Positions 52,073-61,937 of a DNA stretch of 64,000 nt are shown in pieces. The stretch comes from Chamaesiphon sp. (GTDB lineage Bacteria; Cyanobacteriota; Cyanobacteriia; Cyanobacteriales; Chamaesiphonaceae): assembly GCA_965246715.1 (NCBI GenBank), contig CBDFFH010000046.1, forward strand, positions 32,001-96,000. Reading direction: 5' to 3'. A program made the position numbers and the translations under genes. The notes under the pieces were generated by a model that saw nothing but the letters and a program-made list of their open reading frames with translations, was not told the origin of the DNA and did not search any database. How positions within the stretch are numbered: position 1 is the first letter of the stretch; every line of letters starts with the position of its first letter.

Positions 52073-53920
52073 ATGACCGATCGCAGTGCCGATATCTCAG
52101 ATCTAGAGCGGAATCACAAATTAGATCCCGTTACCACTGCCAACCTGAATAATAAGTTAGCACAAGAGCCAGTGCCATTAGATTTTAACTCGGCACTAAC
52201 AGTTGTCGATCCACCACTACCTCCAGGCAATACCGAGCAGCTACCAGCACCCAAACCCGATCGACGCTCGTGGGTGAAAACAGCCCTATTGTTATTGGCA
52301 ATTCTGGGGATCGGGGCATTGGGCTTTGTGGGGATTCGGACTCTAAGTAGCCAAACTGCTGCCAAAGATAAATCTGCCGATCGAAAGCTCAAAGTTACCC
52401 CCGTATTAGTTGCCATAGCCATCCAGAAGACCGTCCCCGTGCAGATTAACGCGATCGGTACCGTCCAGTCGGGACTGACTGTATCGGTAACTCCCCAAGT
52501 CAGCGGGCGGATTAATGGCGTGTTTTTTAAAAAAGGTCAGGAAATTAAGAAAGGACAACTGTTATTTACACTCGACCAACAACCCCAAACTGCGACGATC
52601 CAACAAGCTCAGGGGGTAGTTCTCAAGGATGCAGCACTAGTCCAACAGGCGCAAGCCACGCTAGATAAAGATACTGGGCTAATCGCTACCGCCCAAGCTA
52701 CTCTCGCCAAAGATTTACAGGCGATCGAACAAGCCAAAGCCACGCTGGATAAAGATACTGGCGCGATCGCGCAAGCTCAAGCTCTATTAAACAAAGATCT
52801 CGCCCAAGTTCAACAAGCCAAAGCTGTCCTCGCCAAAGACATCGCTCAGTCTAAATTTGCCAAAGGACAAAGCCAACGGTACGGGAATTTGTACAAGCAG
52901 GGTGCTGTTAGCTTAGACCAATCACAACAATACACCGCCAATAATGACGTGGCTGCGGCAAATATTCGAGCTGATACAGAAGCGATTAAAAATGCTGAGG
53001 CGGTAGTACAGGGCGATCGCGTGGCGATTATCAACGCTCAAGCAACCGTGCGGGGCGATCGGGCGGCGATTAAAAATGCTGAGGCCGTGGTTCAGGGCGA
53101 TCGAGTGGCAATCGAAAATGCCAAAGCCGTTGTCCGTGGCGACCAGGCGGCAATTAGAAATGCTCAAGCTGGCATGGAGTCCGATCGAGGGACGTTGAAA
53201 AATGCCCAAGTTCAACTAGGTTATACCAAAATTTACGCCTCGATCGCTGGTCGGGCGGGGAATATCCTCGTTCAAGCCGGAAATGTCGCCCAAGCTGGCG
53301 GTAATACCCCGCTGATGACGATCCTTCAGGTGAACCCGATTCAAGTCTCGTTTGCCGTACCAGCATCAAACCTGGCCCAAGTCCAAAAACGGATGAACGG
53401 TAATAAACTACCTGTCGATGTCAAACTCGCCGATACCAATAGTAAGCCTATCTCCGGACAACTCTCGTTTGTCAATAACACTGTCGATAATACCACTGGC
53501 ACGATTCAGTTGATTGGTGACTTTAACAATAGCGATGGCAAACTGTATCCCGGTCAATATGTAAATGCTACGCTCACCCTGAGCGAAACACCCAACGCGA
53601 TCGTCGTCCCATCTCAAGCCGTTCAGAATGGCCCGAATGGTCAGTTTGTATTTGTCGTCAAACCAGACATGACTGTCACAAATACACCAGTGGTTGCGAC
53701 TATTGCAGCGGATGGCTTGAATGCAATTCAAAAGGGGCTAAAAGCAGGCGATAAAGTCGTCACCGACGGTCAGGCTAATTTAGTTGATGGTGCTCAGGTA
53801 AGAGTCAAAGAGCCTGTTAATGGTAAATCTGATGATGCTAGCGGATCGCGCCGTCAGGGTGGTCATAAATCTCGATCGACCTCCACCAATGCCCCCTCAA
53901 CATCCCCCAGCCAACAGTAG
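52073..53920 (+). CDS. RND efflux periplasmic adaptor (MdtA-like) with extended coiled coil
   Basis: TM anchor, lipoyl halves (PQVSGRI, KKGQLLF), VDNTTGTI, 14-aa repeats. Confidence 0.92.
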   Translation: MTDRSADISDLERNHKLDPVTTANLNNKLAQEPVPLDFNSALTVVDPPLPPGNTEQLPAPKPDRRSWVKTALLLLAILGIGALGFVGIRTLSSQTAAKDKSADRKLKVTPVLVAIAIQKTVPVQINAIGTVQSGLTVSVTPQVSGRINGVFFKKGQEIKKGQLLFTLDQQPQTATIQQAQGVVLKDAALVQQAQATLDKDTGLIATAQATLAKDLQAIEQAKATLDKDTGAIAQAQALLNKDLAQVQQAKAVLAKDIAQSKFAKGQSQRYGNLYKQGAVSLDQSQQYTANNDVAAANIRADTEAIKNAEAVVQGDRVAIINAQATVRGDRAAIKNAEAVVQGDRVAIENAKAVVRGDQAAIRNAQAGMESDRGTLKNAQVQLGYTKIYASIAGRAGNILVQAGNVAQAGGNTPLMTILQVNPIQVSFAVPASNLAQVQKRMNGNKLPVDVKLADTNSKPISGQLSFVNNTVDNTTGTIQLIGDFNNSDGKLYPGQYVNATLTLSETPNAIVVPSQAVQNGPNGQFVFVVKPDMTVTNTPVVATIAADGLNAIQKGLKAGDKVVTDGQANLVDGAQVRVKEPVNGKSDDASGSRRQGGHKSRSTSTNAPSTSPSQQ

Positions 53921-53947
53921 GGACGCGGGGTTTAGCTTGAGATGGCG

Positions 53948-54111
53948 ACCCACCCCGCCCCACGGCCACCCCTCCCGGAGGGGACTTTAAGAGGGAAGGG
54001 ATTTAGAGTGGTTTAGAAGATTTGAGATATCAAAATAAAGTCCAACCCAATCTGTAAGATTGGACATAAAAAATCCCCTCCTCGGAGGGGTGCCCGTAGG
54101 GTGGGGTGGGT
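53948..54111. repeat. Inverted pair of ACCCACCCC...GGAGGGGA repeat units
   Basis: 53948-53984 and reverse-complement copy 54074-54111. Confidence 0.7.
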
Positions 54112-54164
54112 AGATATCCGCCGAAGTCTATCAGAATCCAGCGCAAAATCCACAGCGAAACCTC

Positions 54165-57100
54165 ATGAACCTTTCCGAACTCTACATCCGCCGCCCAATT
54201 ATGACCACCTTAGTGATGGTTGGTATCCTGATTTTCGGCTGGATGAGCTATCAAACCCTCCCGATTAGCTACCTTCCCAACGTAGACTATCCCACCATTC
54301 AGGTCACCGCCTCCCGCCCTGGAGCCAGCCCTGAAAACATGTCCGCGTCCGTCTCCCGCCCGCTGGAAAAGCAATTTTCTAGCATTGCGGGATTGGATAC
54401 GCTCAGTTCCACCAGCTCTCTGGGCAAAACTCAACTCACCCTTCAATTCAATCTCAGTCGCAACATCGACGATGCTGCCCAAGATGTCGAAGCGGCAATC
54501 CAAGCATCAGCAGGGCAAATTCCCAACGACTTACCCAATCCCCCCACCTATAGCAAGGTCAATCCCGCCGACCAACCGATCTTATATCTCTATCTCAAAT
54601 CGCCCACCCTCCAGCTTTCCGAAGTCGATCGATATGCCCAATCCTACATCGCCCAGAAACTTTCGACAATTAGCGGTGTGGCTCAAGTTCAACTCTACGG
54701 TTCCCAAAAGTACGCCACCCGCATCCAGATCGACCCCCAGCAATTGGCGAGTCGCCAACTGGGATTAGACCAAGTACAGACGGCGATTCAACAGGGTAAT
54801 GTCAATTTACCCACGGGGAGCCTGTCGGGTAAATTCAAAAATTTTGCAGTGCAAACTAACGGTCAACTGGCTGATGCCGCCGCTTATCGAAAATTAATCG
54901 TCTCTTATAATAACGGTGCGCCGACATATTTGGAACAGCTAGGGCGCGTGGTTGACGGTGTGGAAAACGATCGAGTTGCTAGTTGGTACAACGACAATCG
55001 GGCAATTATCCTCGCAATTCAGCGACAACCAGGCACCAATACCGTGCAAGTCGTCGATACGATTAAAAAGTTGCTACCGAGTATTCGCACTCAGATTCCT
55101 GGATCGATCGAATTGGGCGTGATGTACGATGCCGCTCAATCAGTGCGGGATTCGGTCGATGATGTCAAGTTTACGCTGGTACTGACGATCGGTTTAGTCA
55201 TTCTCGTTATCTTCCTGTTTCTCCGCAACTTATCCGCCACGATTATTCCCAGTCTGGCATTACCCGTCTCGCTGATCGGTACCTTCGCGGTGATGCAGCA
55301 ACTCAACTTTTCCCTCGATAATTTATCGCTGATGGCATTGACTCTATCCGTGGGATTTGTCGTGGATGATGCGATCGTGATGTTGGAAAATATCGTTCGC
55401 CATTTGGAAATGGGTGAAAGTCCCTTACAGGCCGCCTTGAATGGTTCGCGGGAAATCAGTTTTACGATTCTGTCGATGACACTTTCCCTTGTCGCTGTAT
55501 TTATCCCGATGCTGTTTATGGGGGGATTATTAGGGCGACTATTCCATGAATTTGCCGTGACGATCGCTGTGGCTATTTTAGTCTCAGGATTTGTATCTCT
55601 GAGCCTCACGCCAATGCTGTGCAGTCGGTTTTTACGTCCAGTAGACCATAGTAACCAAAGCCGCCTTTACAAAGCTTCTGAAGCGATGTTCGATCGAGTC
55701 TTAGCTGGATACGATTGGAGTTTGAAAAAAGTGATGAAGTATCATTTCACCACGATGATTTTCTCCACAGTTTTATTAATCGCTACCGTCGGACTATTTA
55801 CCCTCGTCCCCAAGGGTTTCATCCCCAGCGAAGATACCAGCCAAATCATCGGCGTTACCCAAGCGGCTCAAGATGCTTCCTTCGCCGAACTCAGCCGCCA
55901 TCAGCAACAAGTCGTCGATGTGATTCGCCAAGATCCGAATGTCGAAGCAGTGAATTCCAACATCGGTGGGAGTAACGGATCGATCGCGCCTAGCAATTCC
56001 GGTAGCTTATTTATCCGCCTCAAGCCCCATAACGAACGCTCTGTCGGTGCTGATGGAATCATTCAAACCCTCCGCCCCCAACTAGCCGCCATTCCAGGGA
56101 TTCAAGTCTTCCTCCAAAATCCCCCCGCCATTCCCGTCGGCGCACAACAAACTACCGGACTCTATCAATTATCCCTCCAAAGTTCCGATGCCGCCGTCCT
56201 CGATCGATACGTCCCCCAACTCGTCGATAAACTCCGCGCACTCACCCAAATTCAAGATGTCAACAGCGATCTGCAAGTTACATCCCAAGTAAAAATCGAT
56301 ATCGATCGCGATCGAGCATCAGCCTACAATATCACCGCCCAGCAAATCGAAAATACCCTCAGAAATGCCTACGGCTCATACCAAGTTTCCACCGTATATG
56401 GAGCCAGCAATCAGTATCAAGTAATTCTGGAATTGATGCCTCAATATCAACAGGATCTCAACTCCCTGCTCTCCCTATATGTCAAATCCACCACCGGACA
56501 AGCCGTACCCCTGAGCACCATTGCCAAACTCTCTCAAGGCACAGCACCACTGACAATCAACCATGTCGGTCGATCGAATGCCGCGACAATTTCCTTTAAT
56601 TTAGCACCAGGCGTATCTTTAGGAACAGCCAATGAATCGATCGATAGTATCGTCCAACAAAACATCCCTCTGAGCATCACCACCAGCCAACAAGGAGCCA
56701 GTCAAGTCTTCCAAAGTTCGCTCCCTAGTTTGGGACTATTACTATTAATTGCCATCCTAGTAATTTATCTAATTCTCGGCATTCTCTACGAAGATTTCTT
56801 ACACCCAATTACGATTTTATCGGGACTACCTTCAGCGGGATTTGGGGCACTATTAACATTGCTGATATTTAATGTCGAACTAAATGTTTACTCCTTCATC
56901 GGCATTATTCTCCTCGTCGGTATCGTCAAGAAAAACGGGATTATGATGGTGGATTTTGCGATTGAAGCTCAACAAAGCGAAAAACTTCAACCAGCCGCAG
57001 CTATTTATAAAGCCTGTCTGGTACGATTTCGACCGATTATGATGACCACAATGGCAGCTTTGGTGGGTACACTCCCGATCGCGCTAGGTTTTGGTGCGGG

Positions 57101-57257
57101 TTCGGAATCTCGCCGTCCGCTGGGAATTGCAGTAGTCGGAGGATTGGTGTTTTCGCAAGTATTAACACTGTATTTAACTCCAGTTTTTTATATTTACATG
57201 GAATCATGGCGCAAACAATTTACGCAAATGAAAACAAGGAGGAAGGTATCATTGTAA
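54165..57257 (+). CDS. RND efflux permease (MdtB/C-like)
   Basis: GFVVDDAIV, GIVKKNGI, RFRPIMMTT. Confidence 0.96.
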   Translation: MNLSELYIRRPIMTTLVMVGILIFGWMSYQTLPISYLPNVDYPTIQVTASRPGASPENMSASVSRPLEKQFSSIAGLDTLSSTSSLGKTQLTLQFNLSRNIDDAAQDVEAAIQASAGQIPNDLPNPPTYSKVNPADQPILYLYLKSPTLQLSEVDRYAQSYIAQKLSTISGVAQVQLYGSQKYATRIQIDPQQLASRQLGLDQVQTAIQQGNVNLPTGSLSGKFKNFAVQTNGQLADAAAYRKLIVSYNNGAPTYLEQLGRVVDGVENDRVASWYNDNRAIILAIQRQPGTNTVQVVDTIKKLLPSIRTQIPGSIELGVMYDAAQSVRDSVDDVKFTLVLTIGLVILVIFLFLRNLSATIIPSLALPVSLIGTFAVMQQLNFSLDNLSLMALTLSVGFVVDDAIVMLENIVRHLEMGESPLQAALNGSREISFTILSMTLSLVAVFIPMLFMGGLLGRLFHEFAVTIAVAILVSGFVSLSLTPMLCSRFLRPVDHSNQSRLYKASEAMFDRVLAGYDWSLKKVMKYHFTTMIFSTVLLIATVGLFTLVPKGFIPSEDTSQIIGVTQAAQDASFAELSRHQQQVVDVIRQDPNVEAVNSNIGGSNGSIAPSNSGSLFIRLKPHNERSVGADGIIQTLRPQLAAIPGIQVFLQNPPAIPVGAQQTTGLYQLSLQSSDAAVLDRYVPQLVDKLRALTQIQDVNSDLQVTSQVKIDIDRDRASAYNITAQQIENTLRNAYGSYQVSTVYGASNQYQVILELMPQYQQDLNSLLSLYVKSTTGQAVPLSTIAKLSQGTAPLTINHVGRSNAATISFNLAPGVSLGTANESIDSIVQQNIPLSITTSQQGASQVFQSSLPSLGLLLLIAILVIYLILGILYEDFLHPITILSGLPSAGFGALLTLLIFNVELNVYSFIGIILLVGIVKKNGIMMVDFAIEAQQSEKLQPAAAIYKACLVRFRPIMMTTMAALVGTLPIALGFGAGSESRRPLGIAVVGGLVFSQVLTLYLTPVFYIYMESWRKQFTQMKTRRKVSL

Positions 57258-57500
57258 TGTATTTTGGCTACTTTAATAAACGTTTTTTCATTTCAGAAAT
57301 TTAAGCTGGCATCCTTGCTAAACGTTTGAGCTTCTGAGGTTTCAGGATAGGGAGAAGATTCCATATGATGACGAACAGGCAAAAGCAATTAGTATACTGC
57401 TTCTCAGTCAAGGGTTTGATGCAATCGAGATTCGCGAAGTTGGAACTTTGGTGATTATTTTCAGTAAAGAACAAGTCGTTGTACACAACATGGAGAAATT

Positions 57501-57755
57501 ATGACTGAGCAAAAAATAGGATGCCCAATTTGCAAATATTATAACTTTGATGGTACTTGCCCAGCTTTTCCCGATCGGATTCCGATGATGTTTTTGTCAG
57601 GAGAGCGCAGACATACAGAAAAAATAGAAGGTCAGCAAGATGACACTATTTTTGAATGGATTTCTCCTGAAGAACAACAACAAAGGGTGAAGGAAATTCT
57701 TGCACAATACGATCGCAAAGTACAAGAAGCTTTATTGTCGAGTGGATCGCTTTGA
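57501..57755 (+). CDS. Small Cys-containing hypothetical protein
   Basis: CPICKYY...CPAFPDRIP...H motif; GGAGA RBS. Confidence 0.7.
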   Translation: MTEQKIGCPICKYYNFDGTCPAFPDRIPMMFLSGERRHTEKIEGQQDDTIFEWISPEEQQQRVKEILAQYDRKVQEALLSSGSL

Positions 57756-57782
57756 TAAAAATACGATCGCAAGATAGAGAAC

Positions 57783-58385
57783 ATGAACCAGGTATTTATC
57801 GAAGAAGAAACTTTTGACAAAATAGACTTCACTCAAAACCCCTTGAGTAAAGGTGAATATGAATACTGCACTTTCCTAAACTGCGAGCTTTCGTATTCTG
57901 ATCTTTCAGAGTTTAAATTTTTGGAATGTGAATTCTCAGGTTGCAACCTAAGTTTAGCAAAGCTCACTCAAACAGCATTGAAAGATATTAAATTCAAAAG
58001 CTGCAAAATGTTAGGACTAAATTTTGGAGAGTGTAATGAATTTAGATTTACAGTTAACTTTGATACCTGCATCCTCGATCGATCCTCTTTCCTTGGTGCA
58101 GCGTCTTCCTTGAAGAAGCGAATCAAACTCAAGCAAACAGTATTTAAAAACTCTCAACTTTACGAAGTAGATTTTACCGAATGCGATCTCAGCTCTGCTA
58201 GCTTTGAAAACTGCGATTTGACAGGAGCGATCTTCAAAGACACGATTCTAGAAAAAGCCGACTTTCGGACTGCGATAAACTATTCGATCGATCCAGAACT
58301 CAACCGCATCAAGAAAGCTAAGTTCTCTCGATCGGGTATAGCAGGACTATTGGATAAATACGATATCGAAATAGAACTAAAATGA
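57783..58385 (+). CDS. Pentapeptide-repeat protein
   Basis: Repeats of (C/A)(D/N/E)(F/L)xx throughout. Confidence 0.88.
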   Translation: MNQVFIEEETFDKIDFTQNPLSKGEYEYCTFLNCELSYSDLSEFKFLECEFSGCNLSLAKLTQTALKDIKFKSCKMLGLNFGECNEFRFTVNFDTCILDRSSFLGAASSLKKRIKLKQTVFKNSQLYEVDFTECDLSSASFENCDLTGAIFKDTILEKADFRTAINYSIDPELNRIKKAKFSRSGIAGLLDKYDIEIELK

Positions 58386-58488
58386 CAATCCAAATGTAAA
58401 TGTTAACGTCATTGTTCATATCCTCCTGTTGGCTTAATCTCAAACTTCCAAGCGATCGAATTGTAATTTAATCGGGAGAAACACTGTC

Positions 58489-61400
58489 ATGAACTTATCA
58501 GAAATCTTCATTCGTCGTCCAGTCATGACAGTGCTCGTGATGCTCGCCATCCTCCTGTTTGGAGCAATGAGCTACACCCTGCTCCCGATTAGTGCCCTCC
58601 CCAGCGTCGAATATCCCTTCATCCAAGTCTCCGCCAGCCTCCCAGGTGCCACTCCCGAAGTCATGGCGGCTTCTGTCGCAGCACCCCTAGAGCGACAATT
58701 TACCGAAATCGCGGGACTCAATTCTTTCAACTCCAGCAGTTCCACTGGTAGCACGAGTATTTCTCTGCAATTTGACTTTAGCCGTCGGGTGGATGAAGCT
58801 GCAAAAGATGTCCAGGCTGCCATCTCTGCGGCTGCTGGACAACTGCCGACGGGGATGCCCAAACCCCCGACTTATCGCAAGGTTAACCCGTCTGTTGCGC
58901 CGATTTTGTATCTATATCTCTACTCTGATACCGTCCCAATTTCGACTGTTGATGATTATGCTGAGGTGACGATTTCCCAGCCGATTTCGTCGATTTCAGG
59001 GGTGGCGCAGGTCAATGTTTTCGGTCAAAAACAATATGCAGTGCGGGTGCAACTCGACCCGAAAGCTTTGGCGAGTAAGGGGATTGGGATTGATGATGTC
59101 CGCTCGGCGATTCAACAAGGTAATGTGAGTTTACCGACGGGGAGTTTATCCGGCGACCATAAGAGCTATCTGATTGGTACTAATGGTCAACTCAGTAATG
59201 CCGACGGGTATCGCGCGCTAACTGTCATGTACAAGAATGGCGCAGCAGTTAAGTTACAAGATTTGGGGACAGTGTTGGATGATGTCCAAAATAATAAGAT
59301 TACCAACCGTTATAGCGATGACAAAGTAACTAATAAAAAAGCGATCGTGCTAGCCGTACAACCCCAGCCTGGAGCCAATACCGTCCAGATTGTGGATGCG
59401 ATTAAGGCGATGATGCCCAATCTACGGGCACAGGTACCGGAATCAATTCAGATGGGGATTTTTTACGATCGTTCTCTATCGATTCGATCGTCCGTAGATG
59501 ATGTCAAATTTACGCTAGTTTTATCGATTTGTTTGGTAGTTTTAGTTATCTTTCTATTTCTGCGCAATGTCACCGCCACGATTATCCCTAGTTTGGCAAT
59601 TCCCGTCGCGATTATCGGTACGTTTGCGGCGATGTATGTCTTGGGTTATTCGCTCAATAACTTATCCTTGATGGCTTTGACGCTAGCTGTCGGGTTTGTC
59701 GTCGATGATGCGATCGTGGTTTTGGAAAATATTACCCGTCACCAAGAAATGGGTGAAGGCAGAAAAACGGCAGCTTTTAAAGGCTCTCGCGAGATTGGTT
59801 TTACGATCGTATCCATGACGCTTTCCCTCGTGGCGGTATTTATCCCGATTATGTTTATGGGTGGCTTGATTGGCAAGCTATTTCATGAATTCGCGATTAC
59901 GATCTCGGTCGCGATTTTGATATCAGGATTTGTCTCTTTGAGTCTGACCCCGATGCTCTGTAGTCGTTTCCTCTCCGCCGCACCAACCAAACCAAATTTA
60001 CTCTATCGGTTCCTCGAAAAGAGTTTCGATCTGCTCCAACGTGGCTATGCTTGGACGCTCCGACCAGTATTAAAATATCGCAGTCTGACGATCGTTGTAT
60101 CTCTGATGATTCTACTCGGTACGGGTTATCTATTTACGCTTGTCTCCAAAGGGTTGATTCCTTACGAAGATACCGGACAGATTACGGGCAACACCAAAGC
60201 CGCTCAGGATATCTCGTTTGATAATATGCTCAAACACCAGCAGCAGATCGTGCGGATTCTCAGGAAAGATCCAAATATTGCGGCGATTAACTCCACCGTG
60301 GGATCGGGTGGGCCGAATGGTTCGGCTAATAGTGGGCGGATTACGATTCGGCTCAAACCCCGCGACCAGCGGAAACTCAATTCCGAAGAGATTATCAAAG
60401 GGTTTGGATCGAAGCTGCGGGGGATTCCAGGGATTCAAGCATTCTTACGATCTCCCCCAGCCATCCCATTAGGCGGTCAACAAACCAATTCCCAGTACCA
60501 GCTTACGGTTCAGAGTTTGGATCTCGCCGAATTACGGAAATATATGCCGATTTTGTTAGAGCGAGTTCAAGCAATCCCTGGCTTGCGCGGTGTCGATAGC
60601 GACCTCCAGCTCGCTACCCCCCAAATCAACGTCGCGGTTGACCATGAAAAGGCCGCTCTGTTGGGAGTGAGCGTCGCCCAGATCCAGCGCACCCTGGGCG
60701 ATGCTTATGGTTCCGGTCAGGTTTCGACGATCTACGGGGCAAACAATCAATATACGGTCGTGCTGGAACTCAAACCAGAATATCAACGCGACCCCAGTGC
60801 TTTGTCATCGCTCTATGTGCGAAGTGCCGCACCAGCATCAACGACAGCGCAAGCAGCGAACGCTGGGCAGACATCGAACAACACGCAAGCAACCAACTCA
60901 CAAGCAACGAACACAACACCAACAGCCAACACAGCACAGACCTTAACCACCGCACAAACAGCGAAGGCTGGAGTGGTGCTGCCGCTCAGCTCGGTAGCAA
61001 CTATTACTCAGGGCATCGGTCCCCTCACCGTCAATCACTTGTCAGGGCTGCCTTCGGCGACGATTTCCTTCGATACTCTGCCTGGAGTATCACTCAGCGA
61101 CGCGACCGCATTAATTAACAAAGCTGCCGCCGAGGTGCTTCCTAGTACCGTTACGGCTAGCTTTCAGGGAGCCGCTCAAGCTTTCAATGATTCATTTACT
61201 AGTCTGGGCGGGCTATTGATAGTTTCGATCGTGGTTATCTATCTAATTTTGGGGATTCTCTATGAAGATTTTATCCACCCGATTACGATTCTTTCGGGCT
61301 TACCTTCGGCTGGTTTCGGTGCGTTATTAACATTACTAGTGTTTGGAGTAGAGCTAAATCTCTACTCTTTTATCGGCATTATCTTGTTAATTGGCATCGT

Positions 61401-61731
61401 CAAGAAAAATGGGATTATGCTGGTAGATTTTGCCATCGAACGTCAACGCCACATCGCGAATATCCTCCCCCAGCAAGCAATTTATGAAGCTTGTCTGGTG
61501 CGGTTTCGACCGATTATGATGACGACGATGGCAGCATTAATTGGCACAATTCCGATCGCACTTGGGGCTGGTTCTGGCTCCGAAGCGCGGCGACCATTGG
61601 GGATTGCGATCGTCGGCGGTCTATTCTTTTCCCAAATTTTGACGCTTTATCTCACTCCAGTTTTCTACATCTATCTAGAATCTTTGCGCCAATATCTCGG
61701 TCGGAAAAAGTTAAAACGGGCAATAAATTGA
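58489..61731 (+). CDS. RND efflux permease (MdtB/C-like)
   Basis: GFVVDDAIV, GIVKKNGI, RFRPIMMTT; T/A/Q/N-rich insertion. Confidence 0.96.
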   Translation: MNLSEIFIRRPVMTVLVMLAILLFGAMSYTLLPISALPSVEYPFIQVSASLPGATPEVMAASVAAPLERQFTEIAGLNSFNSSSSTGSTSISLQFDFSRRVDEAAKDVQAAISAAAGQLPTGMPKPPTYRKVNPSVAPILYLYLYSDTVPISTVDDYAEVTISQPISSISGVAQVNVFGQKQYAVRVQLDPKALASKGIGIDDVRSAIQQGNVSLPTGSLSGDHKSYLIGTNGQLSNADGYRALTVMYKNGAAVKLQDLGTVLDDVQNNKITNRYSDDKVTNKKAIVLAVQPQPGANTVQIVDAIKAMMPNLRAQVPESIQMGIFYDRSLSIRSSVDDVKFTLVLSICLVVLVIFLFLRNVTATIIPSLAIPVAIIGTFAAMYVLGYSLNNLSLMALTLAVGFVVDDAIVVLENITRHQEMGEGRKTAAFKGSREIGFTIVSMTLSLVAVFIPIMFMGGLIGKLFHEFAITISVAILISGFVSLSLTPMLCSRFLSAAPTKPNLLYRFLEKSFDLLQRGYAWTLRPVLKYRSLTIVVSLMILLGTGYLFTLVSKGLIPYEDTGQITGNTKAAQDISFDNMLKHQQQIVRILRKDPNIAAINSTVGSGGPNGSANSGRITIRLKPRDQRKLNSEEIIKGFGSKLRGIPGIQAFLRSPPAIPLGGQQTNSQYQLTVQSLDLAELRKYMPILLERVQAIPGLRGVDSDLQLATPQINVAVDHEKAALLGVSVAQIQRTLGDAYGSGQVSTIYGANNQYTVVLELKPEYQRDPSALSSLYVRSAAPASTTAQAANAGQTSNNTQATNSQATNTTPTANTAQTLTTAQTAKAGVVLPLSSVATITQGIGPLTVNHLSGLPSATISFDTLPGVSLSDATALINKAAAEVLPSTVTASFQGAAQAFNDSFTSLGGLLIVSIVVIYLILGILYEDFIHPITILSGLPSAGFGALLTLLVFGVELNLYSFIGIILLIGIVKKNGIMLVDFAIERQRHIANILPQQAIYEACLVRFRPIMMTTMAALIGTIPIALGAGSGSEARRPLGIAIVGGLFFSQILTLYLTPVFYIYLESLRQYLGRKKLKRAIN

Positions 61732-61937
61732 AGTTACAGTGCAAATAGTTTCTTCATCGGTTTGACACCTTTACCGAGAGATACTGCTTCATTCAAATAT
61801 TCAGAAATCCCAACCGCATCTTCCGATCGTCCGTAATAAAGAGTAGTGATTGTAAAGAGTAGGATCGACGACACCCCGTGCTTCGTGGTTGGTGATGACA
61901 ACAGTGGCAACATGTCCGCCCCAAAGGCATCATTACT

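Noticed and set aside
61732..61937. Short minus-strand ORFs between the RND gene and ftsH
   Set aside because: Under 60 codons, with no motif I can identify
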